Origin: Camelus ferus
Taxonomy: Eukaryota
Direction: 5' to 3'
Assembly (NCBI RefSeq): GCF_009834535.1
Contig: NC_045696.1
Span: 77,626,001-77,690,000, forward strand
DNA: 64,000 bases
Of the stretch, positions 56,385 to 64,000 are shown one piece after another. Made by a program: the position numbers and the translations under genes. Below the pieces are notes generated by a model that made no database searches, was not told the origin of the DNA, and saw nothing but the letters and a program-made list of their open reading frames with translations. The stretch's first letter is position 1. Each line of letters opens with the position of its first letter.

Positions 56385-56824
56385 TGAGAGACGGAATATA
56401 CAGACAAGGACCAGACCACAGAGAAAAACAGAACCCTGACCCACAATCTGCAACAACCAGCCAGAATGTCAAACCACAAGTTCTATAGCAGTCAATACCC
56501 CAGCAGCCAAATTTAATTAATACTAACAGCTTCTCTAATTTGGGCCCCCATTTTCAATACAGGAACCTACCAGAAAAATACAAATATTCTATGATAACCT
56601 GTTTAGGATATCCTGCTTTTAGTTAGCCCTCCTCTAGCCTCCCCATGTCTACAGCTTCTGATTAGGGCATTCCCTTTTTTTCCACTACAGAACTTTCCTT
56701 CCCCTCTTTCTGCCTGGGAGCCTCTGCCAAAGGCAAGTAATGATGGCTGTTCCCTTGCTATCGCAAGCTCTGAATAAACAGCCTTTGCTTGTTCTCACGT
56801 GGGTGGGCTTCACTCATTTCCACA
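56385..56824 (+). mobile_element. ERV1-type solo LTR (MER34/MER39-like)
   Basis: TG...CA termini, AATAAA near 56773, 4-bp near-TSD gtag/gcag. Family is from recall. Confidence 0.7.
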
Positions 56825-56974
56825 GCAGTAACCTTTCATGACAATACTGCTTAGTCTGGAGCACCTTAAATCCCTCACGATGGCTCCTCTTTCATGTTCC
56901 CTTTTGCCTTTCCATTGCCACCAAGCAAAACAACTGATACAGCCAACACCACAATTTAAGACTAAGTAACTAGT

Positions 56975-57133
56975 GGGAGGAGGATATAGCTCAGTGGTAG
57001 AGCATGTGGTTAGCATGCACAAGGTCCTGGGTTCAATCCCAAGTATCTCCATTAAAAAAATAAAATAAAAAAAAAAATCCTAACTACCTCCCCCCTGCGA
57101 GATAACATAAAATAAGAAATCTTTAAATAAAAA
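56975..57133 (+). mobile_element. tRNA-Ala-derived SINE (camelid Vic-1-like)
   Basis: Same head, A and B boxes and actacctccccc tail motif as the copies at 3158 and 45723. Confidence 0.88.
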
Positions 57134-58302
57134 AGACTCAATAAGCACTCTATTGCTCTTACATACATTCTCAAGATGAATACACATTTCGTATAAGAAA
57201 ATAAAACAGTATCAATCAACCAAAACTGAATTAAGTACAAAAATACAAATAAGAAGGAGTTTGGAAACAACAATGAAACACAGACTGGAGCTTATTTCAT
57301 ATCATTTGTAATAATTTCTTCATCCAGGAAGACACGAAGGTTGATGAGATTTTTTCAGGTTGCTCTAAAAACCTACGGTTTCTCACAGTCCTTTATTACT
57401 TTCATATAGCCTCCGATAAGCAACTGTAGGTAGTAAAAGTTCTGACTTTTAAAATGTCATATAGATTGCAAGTCTCACAGTCACTGTAAAGAGCAACAAG
57501 ATCTTGAATACTTACTTGATTCTTCTCTGAGTTTCAGAATAGCCAGTTACCTTTGTTACAACAGCTTTGGGTAACTCTTTTCCTAAAGAAACATCTCTGT
57601 CTTTTAATTAAATTTTCTGTGGTAGCCTTTTCCTCTGAACATAGAAGATTTTATCATCTTAAATCTCATCCATGGAAGTTTTCTGAGCTTTCTCCAAACT
57701 CAAAATCCTATTGGCCTGATAACAGTATTGATCCTTCTCAATTTATTCCCATCAGTTGAAGTTGAGGGAAAACTTACCAGTTAGCAATTTTAAAAAGCCA
57801 GTCTTAATTTTACACACAACTACTGTGTGTTTGCATAAATCCAATCCAGTCTGTAATACTTCTATTGAAACAAGGCCTTCACAGATGCAATCACCTGTGT
57901 TCTCACAAGAGCACTGTAGTGCCTAAGTGATTCAAATACAAGGAAAATAAATCTTTCTGTGTAGGAAAAATTGAGATGACAGACTTTGTCTTTAAAAGCA
58001 AGATCCCAAAATATAACTTGGAAATCATAAAAGTTTGCTATTTCTGGTATTCTATCTGGACTATAGAAAATGCCCTTAGACATCCTGTCAAGTCTTTGAA
58101 TCTCTCGTCCTCTGACATGACAAGTACAACATTGTTTAAAATGTCTTGAAACTAAGTATTAAAGGATTTGGCATTTATCAATTATTTAAAAGGGCCTATT
58201 ACAATAATGACTATGCTGAGAAAAAATCCTATGATACGCACTAGAACATAAAAAAAATCGTTCTAATTGTCACTCAGTGGCTCTTGGTGAATATACTGTG
58301 GG

Positions 58303-58326
58303 TGTGTGTGTGTGTGTGTGTGTGTG
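58303..58326. repeat. (TG)12 microsatellite
   Basis: Perfect dinucleotide run. Confidence 0.93.
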
Positions 58327-58761
58327 CGTTATATCATAACCCTATACTTAATCTGACTAGTTCCAGAAAGGGTAAAGAGTAGGTGTTCAATAAATACTAA
58401 TTGAATTGAACTGATCTGTGACAGACCAAAGTTTAGGAGTGTTAACCTCTTGGCAGATGATTATACTAGGAGTGAATTTATATCTTCTCAAGTAGGTAAG
58501 GAGGAGAGAGCCCTAGTGGGGCAGGAGCACCTCATGGGCTCTCAGTGGGAGACTCCAGGCATATTCTTGAATATAGAGCTAACTAATGTCCTAGTATTCC
58601 TGGAGAAAGATTAAGACAAAAGGTCATGAGATGGCTTCATGTATGTCAGCACACCCAAGACAGAGAACTACTCGAGAAAACAACTTCTTTACCTTTATTC
58701 CCTTTTTGCCTGTCATCTATAGGGTAATAGAAAAAAAACCACAAAGACTCAATTCAGAACA

Positions 58762-58764
<3 letters not shown>

Positions 58765-58804
<40 letters not shown>
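58765..58804. repeat. (AC)20 microsatellite
   Basis: Perfect dinucleotide run. Confidence 0.97.
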
Positions 58805-58806
<2 letters not shown>

Positions 58807-61800
58807 TGCTTTGTATTAACATTTATTGTCATCAAAGTTGTTTTTGTGGCCCTTCTAATTTCCTGAATTGGTAACTAACAGATCCAAATCACATCTTCTA
58901 GCAAAAATTCGCACAGCTGAAGCCTGCACATTTTGCCACAATATTTCTTCCTTGAAATGACCCTACTGTTTAATCACATAATTGAACAATATTTTACAAA
59001 TGAAATTTTAAACTGTAAAGAAAACTTGTACTTTGGGAGAAATTTAATGGAATGGGTCTCTACAGAACAGTGTTGGGTTCCAGAATTCAAAAACCTAAGA
59101 GTTTAATCATTCAAAATTTGAACTTCATGTGTTGTTATACATTTTTGAATTGTTGTCAGATAGTTTTTGTGTGCTAAGTAATTTCTATCTTGCTGCAGGA
59201 CTGTAAGTATGTATTTCAAGTACTATTTAAATTAACAAAAATCAAGTGTTGTTTGGTCTTTGAGACCAAATTCTATTCTCATGGAGATTATGAAGCTAGA
59301 GGTTCACATATTCATGTGGATAAATGGGTATGTCTGTATTTTAAATAAGCTGCATCTCTTGGAACATGCCACAAAATAATTCAAAAGCCCACATATTTTA
59401 ATTCTTAATGAATCTGTCTACTCTTAATATGTAAGATCAGATATCTGTCTTGATTTAACTCCTAAAGGATGTAAAAATCGTATTCCTCTTTTTAGGTACC
59501 CAGTTATCAAAATCAATCTTCTGGTATTCTACTTTCATGGAGTTTTTCTTGGATTATATATGTGCCTTTCTCTCTGCCTCATCTTACTCATCAGAGATTA
59601 CTTGTAGTTCTTTCTAAAATTCAGTTGAGAACTTGGCCTCAGGACAGTTACGGGCTGACAAGATTATGAGATTAAAATGATGGCCAGGTAAGTTTTAGAG
59701 TCAAATCTTTCTGTCAATTCCAGAGTTACCCCACAACTCTAACTCATTTCTTCATCTGAAAAATCAAAGGAACAATACATCTTTGCAGGCAGTTTGTTGT
59801 ACAAATTTAACACTAGCACAGAGTAACTAGTTGTTCAACAGAAAGTGGCTGGTAAGCCCTACCTGTAAAATACATGTTGTGTGAAAACAGGGTCCTCTAT
59901 AGTTTCCTTCAAGATGGGAGGAATCACATCCATTAGCATTCTGCTGTGCATAAATTCCAGCTGCTACAAGCTCAAGAGGGCAGGCAGAGGTAGAGACCTA
60001 GTTTGAGCCTCCTCATAAGATCTAAATTTGGAGGCTTTTCTGGCTGATGCTGGCTGAAGATTGACTGACACATCCAACCATGGACAGGACAGAATACATC
60101 AGTGAGGGACCAGTAGGCCACCTCCTTAAAAGAATACCTCTCATCCATAATCTGGCCCTAACCACTATTCTGTTTCAATATTATCCTCTATTTTTCCCCT
60201 TTATGTCCCTTACAGTCTAGGGAAAACAACCCATTTCTGTGGCCCACAAACACATCCTGTGTATTAACATCTTAGGGCTTTTGTTCACACTCTTCCCTCT
60301 AGCTGGGGTGCCAACTACCTCAATTGTTCCCTAAATCCTTTCTCTCAAGCCCTAGCAAAGAGGCACTTCTAAATGATCCCCAAAAGGGGGGAGATGGACG
60401 AGGGGGAAGACTTCCTCCCCTGAAGTCTCATTTATTTACATTCCTTTCATAATATTGATTTATTCCTCACCATATTACACTTTTGTGTGTATGCCTCAGC
60501 TCCCTTCAAGGTTACAAACTTCTTCATAGCTTCTAGCAAAGCACTTTATATAGCACTAGATGCTCAGTAAAACCTATTAAACAAATGTCAAAATATGTTC
60601 CCTGGGATCAGACTGAGGATTTGGGGATTAATCTAAATATTTGTCACTCTTGCTATAAAAAGTAATGGCTAAACTAGAAAATGTTCCAACATACCCTTCT
60701 TTTAGAGACACACCTACAAAGAGCAAGATCAGGTAACAGCAAGAACAGCATCATTTATTTTCTATTTAGCAAATCCAATGGGATGGCCAGTTATCAGCCT
60801 CATTTTTATTTTATTTTTTAAATGTAGAATATTGAATTACCATTTTAATTTCAGTAAGGACTACTGGGCTAATTATTACCAATAAAATGTATCGATATCT
60901 ATGGAGAATGGAGTACTAAACATTATTCAGTTTAATGATTATAAATTTGAGACATCTATAGTTATTCATTTCTCAAAGGATACTCTACAAATATCTCCCG
61001 TACATTTAAATCTATTTTTGGAAGTTATTATGCCATTCTAGGGAGTCATTCTTTTTTAAATTATGTTATCCACTTTTTCCGTACTGTTGCTGAAAAGAAT
61101 GTCTGCTCATTATGGTAACTTTGCTGCTGAAAGAACAAACAGCACTAACCTGCACCTGCACAGATTAAAGAGGGTGATAACTGTGCCTACAAAAGCTAGG
61201 CATATGTCACTAGACTAAGAATGCAGTGCATTTTTTCCACAAATATTCTTTTAAACATCACTATGAAAATCACTACAACAGATGCTGGAAAGTAAACTTC
61301 AACCACAAAATTGCAGCATGAAGTCTACAATTTGAGAGTATTTTGATAGAAAGAGTGGGAAAACAGAAAAGTTCCTATGCAAAATCTGAAGGGATCTTGT
61401 TGAAAACCATGGTTTATGTATAATTGAAAAAAAATTACTACTCTAGAAAAAATTGCAAGTGCGTACTGTGTAAAAATGCCCAATTATCCCAGAGATTGGA
61501 TTGTTTTTTTTCAGGCATCCATATGGATCTCCCCACAAGCACATCAAATTAGACAGTGTAAATAAACATGGCGGACCCCTGAAAGTCTAACAGCAGTGAA
61601 GTTGAAACTGCTCATTAACAGCAGAGTTCTGAATCTAATTATATGTTTACCAATTACACTGTTGAAAGTCCCCAAAAGCTTCACTGCCACACTACTGGGG
61701 AAGACCTGTCATTGGATTAGATAATTTATTTACCTGAATTTCCATTTCTATATCCTTAAAAATCTAACAGGTGAAATTTAATTACGGACAGAGGACAAAT

Positions 61801-61811
61801 GACTCAAACAT

Positions 61812-61842
<31 letters not shown>

Positions 61843-62491
61843 AAAAACCCCTTTAGTCAGGATTTCACTTTTTTTTGTATTTAATATGGACATCTCACAG
61901 AAGCATCTTAAAAGTTCTTTTCCTTCTCTCTCCAGTGTCAATTCCTTTCTTATCTCCAGAAAACCACTAGAGCACACAACAGACACACTGAGACAGCATG
62001 TATAGTGCTGGAGTTCCTGAACAACTAATTGACTATGAATGCCTACTAAAATTCATTTTTCCAAGAGAACAACAATAACAAAACACCCAGCCTGTCTACT
62101 GTATCCTTCTACCAGTGTTCAGCCAATATGTTCACAGCAAGGATTCATTACTGCTCTCAGGAATGTGTCTTGTATACGTACCCGTTTATTTTATTTTATG
62201 ATTTATTTTTTGACTTCTTAAACATGCTTTCATTGCTAGAAATCAAATAGTTTCCCTATTAAAAAGAAATTTATTTTTTAAAAATAAAGAGATCACGGTG
62301 CAAATGGATTAACTTTTAACTTTACACTGGACTGGTCATGTTTGCTATTATCTATTGGAATAAATGAAAATTTACAGAATATGAACTCAAGTTAGAGAGA
62401 TTTATTATTTATTCATAGCAGATTTACCTGAATATATTTATTTGAATTTATTTCTTTAACTCACCAAGAGAACTTCTAGACATATATTTCT

Positions 62492-62559
62492 TCTTTTTTT
62501 AATTGGAGTATAAGTCAGTTACAGTGTGTCAGTTTCTCATGTACAGCACAATGTCCCAG
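62492..62559 (-). mobile_element. 68-bp L1 3'-end insertion
   Basis: Poly-T plus L1 3' terminus; 17-bp TSD with 2 mismatches, tctagacatatatttct (62475-62491) and tctggacatttatttct (62560-62576). Confidence 0.82.
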
Positions 62560-62959
62560 TCTGGACATTTATTTCTAACAAGTTTTATTTAATTCCTACA
62601 AACCCCTGTATAAAACACATTTCTTCATGGTGATGTTTTTATACAGCATTTATTTGTTATTATTAAATAACTGATATCATTATAGCTTCCTAAAATAGTT
62701 GAAATTTTGGAAAAAAGTTTGTCATAGGCAGAAGATTCAGCTTTATAAAGATCAGAGAAAAATGATAATATATGTAATATTCTTCATCAGTGGAGTTAAT
62801 AAAACATATTAATTTGTTGGTTTGAGAATACAAATAGACATTATATGTAATACAGCACATGTCATTCATAGAATTATCAGAGATTGCTATATCTAATACA
62901 CATTTTAGTTGGAATAAGCTTAGTTTTATGAGTTACTGTATTACAAAGATATACACCCT

Positions 62960-63139
62960 AAACAATGAGTTTCTGCTGTACAACACAGGGAACTATATTC
63001 AGTATCTAGCAGTAACCTATAATGAAAAAGAATATGAAAAGGAATATATGTATATATGTGTGTGATTGAAACATTATGCTATATACCAGAAATTACACAA
63101 CACTGTAAACTAACTATACTTCAATAAAAAAAGAAAAAA
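62960..63139 (+). mobile_element. 5'-truncated L1 3'UTR
   Basis: acagggaactatattcagtatct...actatacttcaataaaaaa; homologous to 40514-40638. Confidence 0.85.
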
Positions 63140-64000
63140 TGCATGACAAAATTCTGAATTTAAATAAAAATAAGACATGCACACTAAAGTAAATTTGAAA
63201 AATACAGAGAAGTGAAAAGAAAAAGCATTATACAGTTCCTCACAACCTTCATTTGTATATTTACCTCAGTTTCTTTATTCAATAGTTATAAACATGTTTT
63301 GTGCTTAATATTGTTTAAATTTCAATTTAAAATTTTATTTCCCTTTACAGAGTCATAATTTTATCAGAAATAGATGCCTAAATCAATGGACTTTAAATAA
63401 CTCAGCATTTTCACAGTTCATCACTAAAAGGTAAAACATTAGAAACAGAATTAAATGCCCATAATTAATTGCCAATAACCACTCATATTCCTCTACTCTT
63501 TTTTCCCTAGTCAACTGACAAAACAACTCTACGTGACAGGAACCACAACATATGTATTTCATGTACCAATCTAACATCTGGCTTTGATTTAACATTCCTA
63601 ATACTTTCCCTTTGGTTAACTTTTCATGTCCATTTTTTCCTACTTTTAATTTCATTTTTTTGGATTATATATATTTTTATACTCTTTTATTATTTCTCGG
63701 AAAAGGTAGGGAATACAGGCATACATAGGGTTGCCTTTTGAGTTCGTTTCTTAATTTGGTACGAAATATGGAAAATCTTGAAGAAGACAATAAAAATGAT
63801 TCAGTGACTTTGCCAAGAGGAACCTGTTAGTTCATTAACTTGATTTCAAAAAGTATTCCTAATCTAAATCGTAACAGATTATCTGTATCCTATTTTTATA
63901 AACACAAAACTCTCAAGGGCTGCTTTGTTTTGTGGGGTCAGAGCCATTGTTTTCTGTTTTATTATGCTTTAGGAATCCAGTCTACTGCAGTGGATGTAGG

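Noticed and set aside
1..64000. CRISPR array, operon, phage or defence-type system
   Set aside because: No regularly spaced repeats or gene-dense coding DNA; the window is mammalian intron, and the only RT/endonuclease belongs to LINE-1.
18515..64000. Further upstream NAALADL2 exons
   Set aside because: I found no match by eye to the recalled preceding peptide (...EEMDPSFNLHETITK); consistent with a very long intron, but tblastn would be decisive.

Overview
Mammalian genomic DNA, most likely camelid (three tRNA-Ala-derived Vic-1-type SINEs). It is AT-rich and repeat-dense, and the whole window lies inside the minus-strand gene NAALADL2. Two late coding exons (18421-18514 and 5078-5276) have canonical, phase-compatible splice sites; everything else is intron. 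The largest feature is a full-length ~7.1 kb LINE-1 (32605-39670), antisense to the gene, with a perfect 16-bp target-site duplication (TSD) but disrupted ORF1 and ORF2. The window also holds an older L1 5' half fused to an inverted L1 5'UTR, several very short L1 3' ends with TSDs, solo LTRs, hAT MITEs, MIR/L2 relics and microsatellites. I saw no prokaryote-type system (CRISPR, operon, phage). The most novel hypothesis is an antisense ATG plus splice donor in the L1 5'UTR that is in frame with the next NAALADL2 exon. Gene and repeat-family names come from recall, not from a database search, and the boundaries of old repeats are approximate.
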